Positions 1 to 8,546 of a stretch of DNA of 64,000 bases are shown here, in pieces. Source of the stretch: a virus (Duplodnaviria; Caudoviricetes); IMG/VR virus record IMGVR_UViG_2865512620_000005, positions 481 through 64,480 of that record; one strand, given 5' to 3'. The position numbers were made by a program, and so were the translations under genes. The notes beneath the pieces were generated by a model. It was not told where the DNA came from. It did no database searches and saw only the letters and a list, made by a program, of their open reading frames with translations. Positions within the stretch are counted from its first letter, which is position 1. Each line of letters starts with the position of its first letter.

Positions 1-723
1 TTTCGCTTCTAGATCCACGTCGCTCCATCGCAGGCCGCTGATCTCGGCGAGCCGGAACCCGGCCAAGGCGAGCTCCCAGGCGATGGCGTAGCGGTTGCCC
101 GCGATGTGCGCTAGCAGCTTCTCCACCTCCACCTCTGTGAGGGGGTCGGGCGGAGCTGGGTCGGCCTCGATGCGGTCCACCAGCGCGGCGACGTTGCGCA
201 CCGTGTGGCCCTGCTTCTGCTCGGACTCGAGCATCGAGACCAACAGGCCGAGCAGGTAATTGACCGAGCGCGGCGACCACGGCTTGCGGGGTTTCCCGGT
301 GGGCGCCGTCAGTCCGCCCTCCCTCAGCGCCGTCACGAGGTCGTCAATGTGCCGCTTGGTGAGCTTCTGCACCTCGACGTCGCCGAGCTGGTCGATCACC
401 ACCGACAGCTTCTCGGCGTACCCGTCGACCGTGGACTCTGCTCGGTCGGCCGCGCGCTTCCCGGCCAGCCAGTCATCACACGCTTCGCTCACGGTCCGTT
501 GTGTCGGCTGCACATACGTGCCCCTGGCGACGTCCCCACGGATCTGGTCGAGAGCGTCACGGGCCTGGGCTTCGGTGGGGTATCGCTTCCGGAAGCGTTT
601 GCGCTTCCCGTCGACGACGCCGACGTCGACGGTGAGCTGGTACCGCACGACCGGCCGGCCGCCGCGGCGCGATTCCAATTCGACGCGCTTGATCTGTGGT
701 GGCAGTTGCCGACGTTCAGCCAT
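1..723 (-). CDS. int: Tyrosine integrase, 5' portion (runs off the window edge)
   Basis: Manual translation from ATG at 723: MAERRQLPPQIKRV...GKRKRFRKRYPTEAQARDAL (arm-binding region)...ALAGFRLAEISGLRWSDVDLE (box I catalytic Arg); not in the ORF track because the stop lies outside the window. Confidence 0.9.
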   Translation of the reverse strand, partial: MAERRQLPPQIKRVELESRRGGRPVVRYQLTVDVGVVDGKRKRFRKRYPTEAQARDALDQIRGDVARGTYVQPTQRTVSEACDDWLAGKRAADRAESTVDGYAEKLSVVIDQLGDVEVQKLTKRHIDDLVTALREGGLTAPTGKPRKPWSPRSVNYLLGLLVSMLESEQKQGHTVRNVAALVDRIEADPAPPDPLTEVEVEKLLAHIAGNRYAIAWELALAGFRLAEISGLRWSDVDLEAK

Positions 724-949
724 CGGCGCGTCCTTTCGCTCGGGTCCGTCGGAGACGGTTCACGGTGACGGGGTCGTGAGCCAGTGCCGCCGCGGTGTCG
801 AGCAGCCGATTGAGCCGCTGGTAATAGCGCACGGGACTGAGACCGACGCGTTCGACGATCGCTGTCTCTTTGCCGCCCGACGTCGACCACCACTCGCGCT
901 CCAGGTCGAGCATCGCGCGGTCCTGGGCGGTCAGGGAATCCATAGCCAT
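716..949 (-). CDS. DUF3263-like small protein
   Basis: LTAQDRAMLDLEREWW..GGKETAIVERVGLSPVRYYQRLNRLLD..ALAHDPVTVNRLRR resembles actinobacterial DUF3263; overlaps both neighbours. Confidence 0.75.
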   Translation of the reverse strand: MAMDSLTAQDRAMLDLEREWWSTSGGKETAIVERVGLSPVRYYQRLNRLLDTAAALAHDPVTVNRLRRTRAKGRADG

Positions 950-1356
950 TCGTCTCCAAACTCGCGTTCCAGCTCGGCGGTCTCGTCGGGGGAGAGGTTG
1001 GACAGCCGGACCTCGACGGTGTGCCGATCGACCCACAGTTCCTCTGCGAGGGCATCGGGGTCTCGGGTCGATCGCAGGGCGCGCGCCAGGTCAGCTATCG
1101 CGATGAGTCGGCGCGCGGCGAGCTCGTCGACGATGCGTTCTTCACGGTCCCGGTACTGAGGGGAGGGGAGCCCGCGTTGTAGGTGCTGCAGTTCGTGGGT
1201 CAGCACCGAGCGCCGTTCGGCTTGGTTCAGGGTCGAACAGAGCCAGATGGTGTTGTCGCGCCAGATGCCCGCAACCCGCTTCGGGAGACGGTGCTCGCAA
1301 CTCACGACGATGTGCGGGTAGTGCTCGCCTACCCAACGCCACGGGTTCCAGGACAT
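931..1356 (-). CDS. ImmA/IrrE-family (DUF955) zinc metallopeptidase, putative antirepressor
   Basis: ERRSVLTHELQH (HExxH), downstream EERIVDELAARRLI and a C-terminal HTH-like segment; adjacent to the repressor. Confidence 0.85.
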   Translation of the reverse strand: MSWNPWRWVGEHYPHIVVSCEHRLPKRVAGIWRDNTIWLCSTLNQAERRSVLTHELQHLQRGLPSPQYRDREERIVDELAARRLIAIADLARALRSTRDPDALAEELWVDRHTVEVRLSNLSPDETAELEREFGDEWLWIP

Positions 1357-1363
1357 TCACAGG

Positions 1364-1385
1364 AATCTAGGGTTGGGGTCCGACA
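1364..1385 (-). promoter_or_regulatory. PafBC-type (RecA-NDp) DNA-damage-inducible promoter, leaderless
   Basis: Minus strand TGTCGG-ACCCCAACCC-TAGATT matches TGTCGG-N10-TANNNT; ATG follows 7 nt after the -10. Confidence 0.75.
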
Positions 1386-1420
1386 AAAGTGTCGCTGACC
1401 AGTAACTACACCGATGGGAT

Positions 1421-2299
1421 TCAGTCGGCATCTTGGTCGTCTTCCTCTTCGTCAGACCGCTTGCGTCGGGTCGATGCCGCTGCCTTTTCGTCGATCACGG
1501 GGGGTGGCGGGTCGCTCTTCCCCCAGTGCGGAAGGTGCGTGACGGTGCCTACCTCCTGACTTTGGTCGTCCGTCGCCGGTGCATCCGATTCCGTCGCATT
1601 TTCCACGGTGTTGCCACCTTGGTCTCCTTTCTGAAGTTGCCGCAATGAGGCAACTGCGTCAGTGAACATTTGGTTGATTTCGGCCCGTGCAGCAAACGAG
1701 GTCTTGAGTTCGTCAGCCACTGTGTCGACGTATTCGCCGTACCAGTCGGTCACGCTGACTAGCGGGCCTGCCGCGGCCGACATCATTCGTCTGAATGTCG
1801 GGATCTGGTCTTCGGGGATCTGTGTCTCGACCCACTCGTAGAGATCGGCGGTTTCTCTGAGCGAGTCCGCAATGTTGCCCATGAGTTTCGTCATGACCGA
1901 CCACTCGCGCTGTCCGCGGTCCCATTCCCGTTGGTGATGTTGGGTGAAGGCGCGGAGTACTTCGACGACTGCGCGGCGTTCGCTGGGGCCGAGGTTGTCG
2001 ACGCCGGGAGGTAGGACGCTGGCGAATGGTGTGCCGGGCACGTTTTGGCCTGCGGCTCTGAAGGCCTCCTCTTCGGTGACGCCGGCGAGCCAGGCGATGG
2101 CTTTGATCGTCGTCGTGGTTGGGGCACCGCTGTAGGTGCCGCTGCGGATTCGGTTGAGGGTGGTGTGTGACACATCGAAGCCCGCTTCGGCTGCGACGTC
2201 CGCGAGGCGTCTTCCTGACGCCCCGTTGTGCTTGGTGCTCGCGGCCTCTACGAGGTCTGCGAGCGTTGGTTTCTCGGTCACGTCGGTAATGGTGATCAC
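1421..2299 (-). CDS. Immunity repressor (XRE-like HTH with long C-terminal extension); start uncertain (2281-2434)
   Basis: SGRRLADVAAEAGFDVSHTTLNRIRSG..PTTTTIKAIAWLAGV HTH; divergent from a Cro-like gene. Confidence 0.75.
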   Translation of the reverse strand: MITITDVTEKPTLADLVEAASTKHNGASGRRLADVAAEAGFDVSHTTLNRIRSGTYSGAPTTTTIKAIAWLAGVTEEEAFRAAGQNVPGTPFASVLPPGVDNLGPSERRAVVEVLRAFTQHHQREWDRGQREWSVMTKLMGNIADSLRETADLYEWVETQIPEDQIPTFRRMMSAAAGPLVSVTDWYGEYVDTVADELKTSFAARAEINQMFTDAVASLRQLQKGDQGGNTVENATESDAPATDDQSQEVGTVTHLPHWGKSDPPPPVIDEKAAASTRRKRSDEEEDDQDAD

Positions 2300-2302
2300 C
2301 CC

Positions 2303-2433
2303 TTGTTCACTCGTGCCAGAGTCGTGCACAAATTTCGTGACAAGTGAATCACGCTCCGTGATACGCCCACCTGCAAAGTAGCCAGTTGTCATCTTGACGA
2401 GTAGATGGTTCATGGTGCACGCTTCACTTGTCA
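2303..2433. promoter_or_regulatory. Divergent repressor/Cro control region with candidate operator repeats
   Basis: TGACAAGTGAA (2338-2348) and TTCACTTGTCA (2423-2433) are an 11-bp inverted pair; a related TTCACTCGTG lies near 2306. Confidence 0.55.
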
Positions 2434-2451
2434 ACCTGAAGATTGGAGCGC

Positions 2452-2769
2452 ATGATGGCTAAATCACAACGGCGTAAGCCCCCGCAGCGAAGAAAGGACG
2501 TCTGGATGTACGTCCCCGATGGAGCGAAAGTCCGCCGCTGGCGCAAGCAGCGGCATTACTCCCAGCGGGATCTCGCATACCTGGTCCGTCGAACTCAGTC
2601 GACGATCTATCTGATCGAGACCGGGAAGTTGCGGGCCATCAGCGAGGACTTGGCCCTGGCTATCGCGGCCCGGCTCGACGTGCCCTGGGAGGACCTCTTC
2701 GAGGCCCGCGACGATTCTTTGCCGGCCGAAGCGGCAACTGCTGCATGCATCACTAGTCAAAGTGCCTAG
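2452..2769 (+). CDS. Cro-like XRE HTH regulator
   Basis: VRRWRKQRHYSQRDLAYLVRRTQSTIYLIETGK...IAARLDVPWEDLF. Confidence 0.85.
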   Translation: MMAKSQRRKPPQRRKDVWMYVPDGAKVRRWRKQRHYSQRDLAYLVRRTQSTIYLIETGKLRAISEDLALAIAARLDVPWEDLFEARDDSLPAEAATAACITSQSA

Positions 2770-2808
2770 CCGCTCGTGCGGCGACCACCAAATAGAGAGG
2801 ACACCTCA

Positions 2809-3027
2809 GTGTCGGATCAACAGTCGGGCGATGTGACCGCCCGCGTTGAGAAGTTGCTGCTGACCATCCCCGAGACGGCGGAGGTCTTGCGGGTTCACAA
2901 GGCAACCATCTATCGCCTGTTCGACCGTGGGGAATTGCGGTGGGTGCAGGTAGGTGGCCGCCGGTTGGTGCGTCGCAGCGAGGTCGACCGGTTCATCGGT
3001 GAGCACGAGCAAGGCGCGGCTGCCTGA
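2809..3027 (+). CDS. xis: Excisionase / HTH_17 DNA-binding protein
   Basis: LLTIPETAEVLRVHKATIYRLFDRGELRWVQVGGRRLVRRSEVDRFI; AGAGG RBS. Confidence 0.8.
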   Translation: MSDQQSGDVTARVEKLLLTIPETAEVLRVHKATIYRLFDRGELRWVQVGGRRLVRRSEVDRFIGEHEQGAAA

Positions 3028-3431
3028 TGACCATCACTGATCTGGCCGCCGCGGTTGCGGCGCATCACCGTCCGTTCACCGGTCCGGCGCAGCGCCGCCT
3101 CAGCATGTCGTATAGGCACTGGCCGATCCCGGCCACCTACGACGCGGCGATCGCCGAGTTGCACGCCACCCGTGAGGAACTCAACGAGGTCCTGGCTGAG
3201 CACGAGAATTTCCGCCCGCTACTCCGGTCGGCGTGCGAGGCGAACGCCGCCATCGCACGCGAGTTCACCGAACTGCTAGGGGACCGCGAGCAGATCCGCG
3301 ATGAGCGCGACGAGCTGCAGGTCCGCGTCGACGAACTGACTGCCGAACTCGACGAATTGCGCGAACGCCTGGAGTTCCTCGGCAAGGAACCCGTCGAGGG
3401 TCGGCGCGACCGGTCGGCGGTGAAGCCGTGA
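3027..3431 (+). CDS. Hypothetical coiled-coil protein
   Basis: Translationally coupled; heptad-rich sequence. Confidence 0.65.
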   Translation: MTITDLAAAVAAHHRPFTGPAQRRLSMSYRHWPIPATYDAAIAELHATREELNEVLAEHENFRPLLRSACEANAAIAREFTELLGDREQIRDERDELQVRVDELTAELDELRERLEFLGKEPVEGRRDRSAVKP

Positions 3432-4198
3432 TCACCGACTTGATGCGTGGCGCAGCCGATTTCATCGACGCGGTCAACCAGGCGCTCGAGGAACGTCGCT
3501 CGGGCTTCTCTGAGCGTGAGGCCGGCGACTATCTCGACGCGGCCGGGCTGGCTGACGCGATGGTGCCAGACGAGTTCGCCGATGACGTGGTCGACGCCGA
3601 GGTGCACTGCGAGGGATGCCGCTGCCCGTCGTACTGCGCCTGCGGACGTGAGATGTACGGCGAACCTGAGAGTCCCGACGGCCCGACGCACTGGTTCCAC
3701 CGCGACGACGATTCACCGATCACCGACCAGTGCCGTCAGGTCCGCGACGAGCAGACCACTGCCCGGCCCGTTGATCAGTGCAAGACCTGCGGAAAGCTGC
3801 TCGCCGATCCTGTTGCAGCAGTCGCTATCTGCGCGTACCCATCGGGTTACTACTGCTCGATCGAGTGCTGGAAATCCACGTGGCGCCCGATCCACGAGGA
3901 CGGGACCGTTTACCTGCCAGGCGATTTCGACGCTGTTACGGCCGCGTGCAGGGCTGTCATGGAGTGGGTCGACCGATCGGACAACAACGCGGCGCTGATC
4001 GGTTGCACGCCTTCGATGGTCGCCGGGGTCGCGGTGAATGCCTATCGGGCGGCACTGCTTTCGGTCGGTCACGCGGACCTCGCTGCCCACATCACCGGAA
4101 TTCAGGTCAGTTGCCTGCGACGCGGCATGACAGTCGACGCGACCTACGACGAGATCGCCAGCGATCTGCTCTCCGGCTACTCGATCACCAAGAAGTAG
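3428..4198 (+). CDS. Hypothetical protein with Cys clusters
   Basis: Coupled ORF with CEGCRCPSYCACG and CKTCGK...YCSIEC. Confidence 0.65.
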   Translation: MITDLMRGAADFIDAVNQALEERRSGFSEREAGDYLDAAGLADAMVPDEFADDVVDAEVHCEGCRCPSYCACGREMYGEPESPDGPTHWFHRDDDSPITDQCRQVRDEQTTARPVDQCKTCGKLLADPVAAVAICAYPSGYYCSIECWKSTWRPIHEDGTVYLPGDFDAVTAACRAVMEWVDRSDNNAALIGCTPSMVAGVAVNAYRAALLSVGHADLAAHITGIQVSCLRRGMTVDATYDEIASDLLSGYSITKK

Positions 4199-4264
4199 GG
4201 CCCCGTGCTGCGTCACCAGCTCGAAGCCCTCGACACCAGCAACACCCCATCGAAAGGAACGCCA

Positions 4265-4546
4265 GTGCCAACCGCAGAGTCTACCTATCAGATCAACGAG
4301 CGCGAGGACGGCGCGTTGGTCGCCACCGTCGAGCGCCCGGAGTGGCCCGAGGTGCCGAGGCAGGTCGGTGTGGCGATGCCGCACCCGTCCGGCGAACGCT
4401 GGCTCGTGATCGTCTGGGACGAGAACGCTGGCAGCGCTGACTTTCTCGCCGAGGACCGGGCAGCGGCGTTACAGGTCTTGGATTTTCACGCTGCCCTGGT
4501 GGCGCGTCTCGTCGAGGCCCGTGAGAATGCGGCGGTGTCGGCGTGA
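4265..4546 (+). CDS. Hypothetical protein
   Basis: GAAAGGA RBS before GTG. Confidence 0.6.
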   Translation: MPTAESTYQINEREDGALVATVERPEWPEVPRQVGVAMPHPSGERWLVIVWDENAGSADFLAEDRAAALQVLDFHAALVARLVEARENAAVSA

Positions 4547-4929
4547 CGGCGCGAGCAGTGCGACGCGGCCTGGCGCTCATCGTCTACGGCGCGATCCTCG
4601 CCGGCGTCGGAACCGTGTGGGCCGCAGGCACAGCGAAGGCCTCGCCGAACGTGGGTTGCGAGACGATCGCCGCGCCGGGCCTGCTTGCCTGGGGGCAGAA
4701 ACGCACCATCTGCGACTCGCCCCGCAACGCGGACGGCAGCTGGTGGCGCACCCGGCAGTATTGGACGCCGGCGCATTACGTGCCGGTGTCGTGCTACCGG
4801 TGGTCCTGCTCGGGTGGCTACCCGGTCGGTGACAGCGTCGCGCGCTACGAGGAATACCCCGTCACCGACGCCACGGTCCTGCCGGATGAACCTGGTTGGC
4901 TGCCAACCGGATCGGTGGCGATCCGATGA
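4543..4929 (+). CDS. Secreted CDGP-like domain protein
   Basis: Signal peptide ending AKA, then ICDSPRNADGSWWR. Confidence 0.65.
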   Translation: MTARAVRRGLALIVYGAILAGVGTVWAAGTAKASPNVGCETIAAPGLLAWGQKRTICDSPRNADGSWWRTRQYWTPAHYVPVSCYRWSCSGGYPVGDSVARYEEYPVTDATVLPDEPGWLPTGSVAIR

Positions 4930-5180
4930 CGGCGCTGCAGCCGGTGTGGACGCCGGACGATTTCGACGCCATGGTGGCAGCCGCCGCTCTGCACGAGCCG
5001 GTCGCAGCGGTCCCTGCCGCGACGCGTGGCCGCCGATACCGGGGCAGGCACCGCGCCAATAGGTTCAGCCGACGAGTCACCGACCTGCAGACCGAGATCC
5101 GGGAGGAGCAGGCGTACGACGAGTTCAGACGAAACCTGGCCTTCGTTCTCAGGTCGCTCAGACCAGGCGGTGCGCAGTGA
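4926..5180 (+). CDS. Hypothetical protein
   Basis: 4-bp overlap coupling. Confidence 0.55.
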   Translation: MTALQPVWTPDDFDAMVAAAALHEPVAAVPAATRGRRYRGRHRANRFSRRVTDLQTEIREEQAYDEFRRNLAFVLRSLRPGGAQ

Positions 5181-5455
5181 AGCCGCCGGTGGTTGACCAG
5201 ACGCTGGACTCGAACCTCGATCGCGTCGCCGAGGTGGCGCTGGGGTTGGCGGTGAAGATCCGCGACGACGACCCTCGTCGGCTGTTCGAGGAGTTGCGGT
5301 TGTTGGCGCAACGCTATCCGGCGAAATACGCCCAGATCACCATGGCGCTCGCGGCTTTCGTAAATCCCGATGAGGGCACGGTTGCGCTGCAGGAGCGCGT
5401 GGAGGCCATCACGGAGTCGCGGGTGGGGCGGCACATATCGGCGGTGGCGTCGTGA
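5177..5455 (+). CDS. Hypothetical phage protein
   Basis: Coupled ORF. Confidence 0.6.
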   Translation: MKPPVVDQTLDSNLDRVAEVALGLAVKIRDDDPRRLFEELRLLAQRYPAKYAQITMALAAFVNPDEGTVALQERVEAITESRVGRHISAVAS

Positions 5456-5817
5456 CGCGCTCGTTGTGGCTCGCCGCGTGGGTGTTCGGCGCGCTGGCCT
5501 ACATCGGGCTGGCGGTGTGGATGCCGCTATTCGTGACGGCCGCGATCCTTTCCGCCGCATCGGTATTGGCGTGGGGTTTCCGTGTCCACCCGGACCCCGA
5601 CGAATGGGCCAACGACGAGTGGTGGACAGACGAATCGGAAGAACAAGCAAGGGGTGAATCGGTGATGGCGTACGAATTCGAGTCCGACGAGTGGGCGAGG
5701 GCCAACCACCAGCTATCCGAGATGGACCGCGCCACAACGGAGATCAGCACCCGCCAGTCGGTCGGCATGTGCGGAGACCTGGATGACGTGCGTTACGGGG
5801 GAGGCGACTACCGATGA
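5452..5817 (+). CDS. Membrane protein
   Basis: N-terminal hydrophobic helices and acidic tail. Confidence 0.55.
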   Translation: MTRSLWLAAWVFGALAYIGLAVWMPLFVTAAILSAASVLAWGFRVHPDPDEWANDEWWTDESEEQARGESVMAYEFESDEWARANHQLSEMDRATTEISTRQSVGMCGDLDDVRYGGGDYR

Positions 5818-6821
5818 CCGTTGCACCGTTCTGGGCCGAGCACGCCGAGCTGGCTGGCCACTACAAGGACCGCGAAGAGTGGCTCGAGTTGCGCCGCACC
5901 GGCATTGGCTCGTCGGACTGCTCGGCCGTGCTGGGGCTAGGGAAGTACGGCTCCCCGTTCTCCGTGTGGGCTGACAAGACGGGCAAGTCGCGGCCGGACG
6001 ACGAGACCGAGGCGATGATGTGGGGCACCCTGCTGGAGCCCGTCATCCGCGCCGAGCTCGCGCGCCGCCTGGGTGTCGACATCGTCGAGTGCCCGACGCT
6101 GAGATCACTGGAGCGGCCGTGGCAGCTGTACAACCCCGACGGTCTCATCCTGGCGCAGAACGCCCTGGTGGAGATCAAGAACGCGTCCGCCTGGCTGGCC
6201 TCCGATTGGGCCGACGGCGAGGTGCCGGACCACGCGGAGCTGCAGATCCAGCACGGCTGCGCGGTCACCGGCGCTGACGGCGCCTACGTCGCTGGTCTCA
6301 TCGGTGGGAACCGGTTGCGGTGGGAGTACGTGCCGCGCGACGACGATCTGATCGCCACGATCAACGCTGCCGAGCAGCACCTGTGGGACACGTACATCGT
6401 GCCGGACGTGGCCCCGCCGATCGACGGATCGGACGCGACGGCGGAGGCGATCGCCGCACGCTGGCCACGCCGGTTCGACGTCGTCGAGGTGGCCGAGGAT
6501 ATCGCGGCTGTGGAGGCCGAGATGGTCGCCTACCGGGCAGCGCTCGACGCCGAGAAGGCCGTGAAAGCTGACAAGGCGCAGGCCGTCAACCGGTTGACCG
6601 ATCTCCTGCACGGCGCCGACGCCATCACCGACGAGACCGGCCGGAAGCTCGTGGCGCTGCGACGTGGCCAGTTCCGCGAGAAGGCGTTCCGCGAAGAGCA
6701 GGAAGACGCCGGCTGGCTCCACAAGGTCGAGGTGATCGACCGTGACCGGCTCAAGGCCGAAGACCCCGAGTTGTACCGCCGCTATCAGGCGGCGTCCGTT
6801 TACCTACCGAAAGGCAAATAA
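5814..6821 (+). CDS. YqaJ-like viral recombinase exonuclease (RecE partner)
   Basis: WLELRRTGIGSSD, WGTLLEP, NPDGL..VEIKN, QIQH. Confidence 0.92.
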   Translation: MTVAPFWAEHAELAGHYKDREEWLELRRTGIGSSDCSAVLGLGKYGSPFSVWADKTGKSRPDDETEAMMWGTLLEPVIRAELARRLGVDIVECPTLRSLERPWQLYNPDGLILAQNALVEIKNASAWLASDWADGEVPDHAELQIQHGCAVTGADGAYVAGLIGGNRLRWEYVPRDDDLIATINAAEQHLWDTYIVPDVAPPIDGSDATAEAIAARWPRRFDVVEVAEDIAAVEAEMVAYRAALDAEKAVKADKAQAVNRLTDLLHGADAITDETGRKLVALRRGQFREKAFREEQEDAGWLHKVEVIDRDRLKAEDPELYRRYQAASVYLPKGK

Positions 6822-6826
6822 CCACC

Positions 6827-7864
6827 ATGGCACGTGATTTGGCGCGTCGCGCCCAGCAGTCCGTCGCTACCCAGGGCCGCGGCGACGAGGACTCGCTGCA
6901 GGTCAAGATCCAGAAAATGGAGAAGTCGTTTCAGCTGGCCATGCCGCGCGGTGTCGAGGCCACCCAGTTGATCCGGGACGCGTTGACCTGCCTGCAGGTG
7001 AACCCGAAACTCGCCGAGTGTGAGCCGAAATCGGTGCTCGGCTCACTGATGACGTGCGCCCAGTTGGGTCTTCGTCCGGGCGTTGGGGCGCTCGGGCAGG
7101 CGTACCTGCTGCCGTTCTGGGACAGCAAGACTCGCGGGCAGAAAGCCCAGTTGGTCATCGGTTACCAGGGGTACGTCGAACTCGCGCACCGGTCGGGCCG
7201 CATCGCCAGCATCCATGCCCGCACCGTGTACAGCAACGACTACTTCGAAGTCGAATACGGTGCCGCTGAGGACAAGTGGATTCACAGACCTTGCATCGAC
7301 GGTCCGCGGGGCAAGCCGATCCTGTTCTACGCAGTGGGCCGCACTGTCGACGGCGGGTATTCGATGACGGACCCGATGACGGTCGCCGACATGGAGGCGT
7401 ACCGGGACAGGCACGCGACGGCGAAGAACCGTGACGGCAAGGTGTTCGGCCCGTGGGTAGACCACTTCGAGGCGATGGCGCACAAGACGATGGTGCGCAA
7501 GCTGATGAAGCTGTTGCCGAAGTCGACAGAGGCTCAGCGGGCGATCGCGCAGGACGAGGGTGTGCGGCTGGATCTGTCGCCGGATGCGATCAACCAGACG
7601 CCGGACTTTATCGACGGCGAGGTGGACGACTCGCCAGTGGAAAACGAGCAGGTCGTGGACGGTCAAGCGACCGAGACCATGATGGCCACCGAGGATCAGC
7701 TGGACCGCATGGCGCAGATCCAGAAAGCCGAGAAGTACGACTCCGACGACGAGTGGTTCTCGTACCTCGGTGATGCGGCTGGGGTGAAGGCTAGGCGTAC
7801 GGCTGATATGACGTACGACGAAGCCGCCGCGGTTATTTCGCTGTTCGACGGGCCGGGCGCATGA
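6827..7864 (+). CDS. recT: RecT-like ssDNA annealing recombinase
   Basis: SVLGSLMTCAQLGL, GQAYLLPF, AQLVIGYQG, PWVDHFEAMAHKT. Confidence 0.95.
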   Translation: MARDLARRAQQSVATQGRGDEDSLQVKIQKMEKSFQLAMPRGVEATQLIRDALTCLQVNPKLAECEPKSVLGSLMTCAQLGLRPGVGALGQAYLLPFWDSKTRGQKAQLVIGYQGYVELAHRSGRIASIHARTVYSNDYFEVEYGAAEDKWIHRPCIDGPRGKPILFYAVGRTVDGGYSMTDPMTVADMEAYRDRHATAKNRDGKVFGPWVDHFEAMAHKTMVRKLMKLLPKSTEAQRAIAQDEGVRLDLSPDAINQTPDFIDGEVDDSPVENEQVVDGQATETMMATEDQLDRMAQIQKAEKYDSDDEWFSYLGDAAGVKARRTADMTYDEAAAVISLFDGPGA

Positions 7865-8175
7865 GTCTCACGTACGAGCAGGCACTGAGCCTGGTCCATT
7901 GCGCCGCGTGCGGTGTGCCGTTCGGCATGACGGCCGACATGGAGCAGCGGCGTCGCCAGGACCACGCGAATTTCTACTGCCCGGCCGGTCACAGGAATGT
8001 GTTCAACGGCAAGAGTGAAGCGGAGAAGCAGCGCGTGCTGGCGTTGCGGCTGGCCGAGAAGTTGTCGGATCGGGACGAGTTGTTGCGGGCTGAGCGGAAG
8101 TCGCACGCGGTCACGAAGGGGCAGTTGACGAAGGCACGCAACCGCATCGCGAAGACCGCGGAGGCTGCGCAGTGA
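7861..8175 (+). CDS. Zinc-ribbon / coiled-coil hypothetical protein
   Basis: CAACGVPF...FYCPAGH. Confidence 0.65.
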   Translation: MSLTYEQALSLVHCAACGVPFGMTADMEQRRRQDHANFYCPAGHRNVFNGKSEAEKQRVLALRLAEKLSDRDELLRAERKSHAVTKGQLTKARNRIAKTAEAAQ

Positions 8176-8237
8176 CGTGGGCCGAGGCAGCCGTGTGGGT
8201 CGCGCTATTCGTCGTCTTCGGGTGGATCTACCGATGA
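8172..8237 (+). CDS. 21-aa single-TM micropeptide
   Basis: MTWAEAAVWVALFVVFGWIYR; 4-bp overlaps with both neighbours. Confidence 0.5.
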   Translation: MTWAEAAVWVALFVVFGWIYR

Positions 8238-8521
8238 CGCTCACCCCCGCCGAGCACTACCAGCATGCTGACGCTCTGCTCGCGGAACTGGCTGAGGCTA
8301 AGCCGGAGGCGTTCCGGTTCCCGTTCGTGCAGGCGAAGGTGGCGCGCGCTCAGATCCACGCCCAGCTCGCCCAATCCCCGTGGTGGCCCGGACTAGTCGA
8401 CGAGCCGGACTATGCCGACTTTGACGACCTGGACCCCGGTTCCCAGCGCCACCGGATCACGCAGCTGATCCTTGGCCGCCACCCCATCGACACCCGCAAG
8501 GCCACAGGCGACCGCCTGTAA
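8234..8521 (+). CDS. Hypothetical protein
   Basis: MTLTPAEHYQHADALL; coupled. Confidence 0.6.
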   Translation: MTLTPAEHYQHADALLAELAEAKPEAFRFPFVQAKVARAQIHAQLAQSPWWPGLVDEPDYADFDDLDPGSQRHRITQLILGRHPIDTRKATGDRL

Positions 8522-8546
8522 TCCCCATCCTCGGAAAGGAACAAGC

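Noticed and set aside
205-1159. Long + strand ORFs 205-768 and 260-1159
   Set aside because: Shadow frames antisense to the integrase, DUF3263 and immA genes. The same applies to most long alternative-frame ORFs in this high-GC window.
1421-1500. Integration-dependent immunity (attP inside the repressor gene, ssrA-like tag)
   Set aside because: The repressor ends in acidic DDQDAD rather than an ssrA-like tag, and no att core or tRNA-like sequence was seen.
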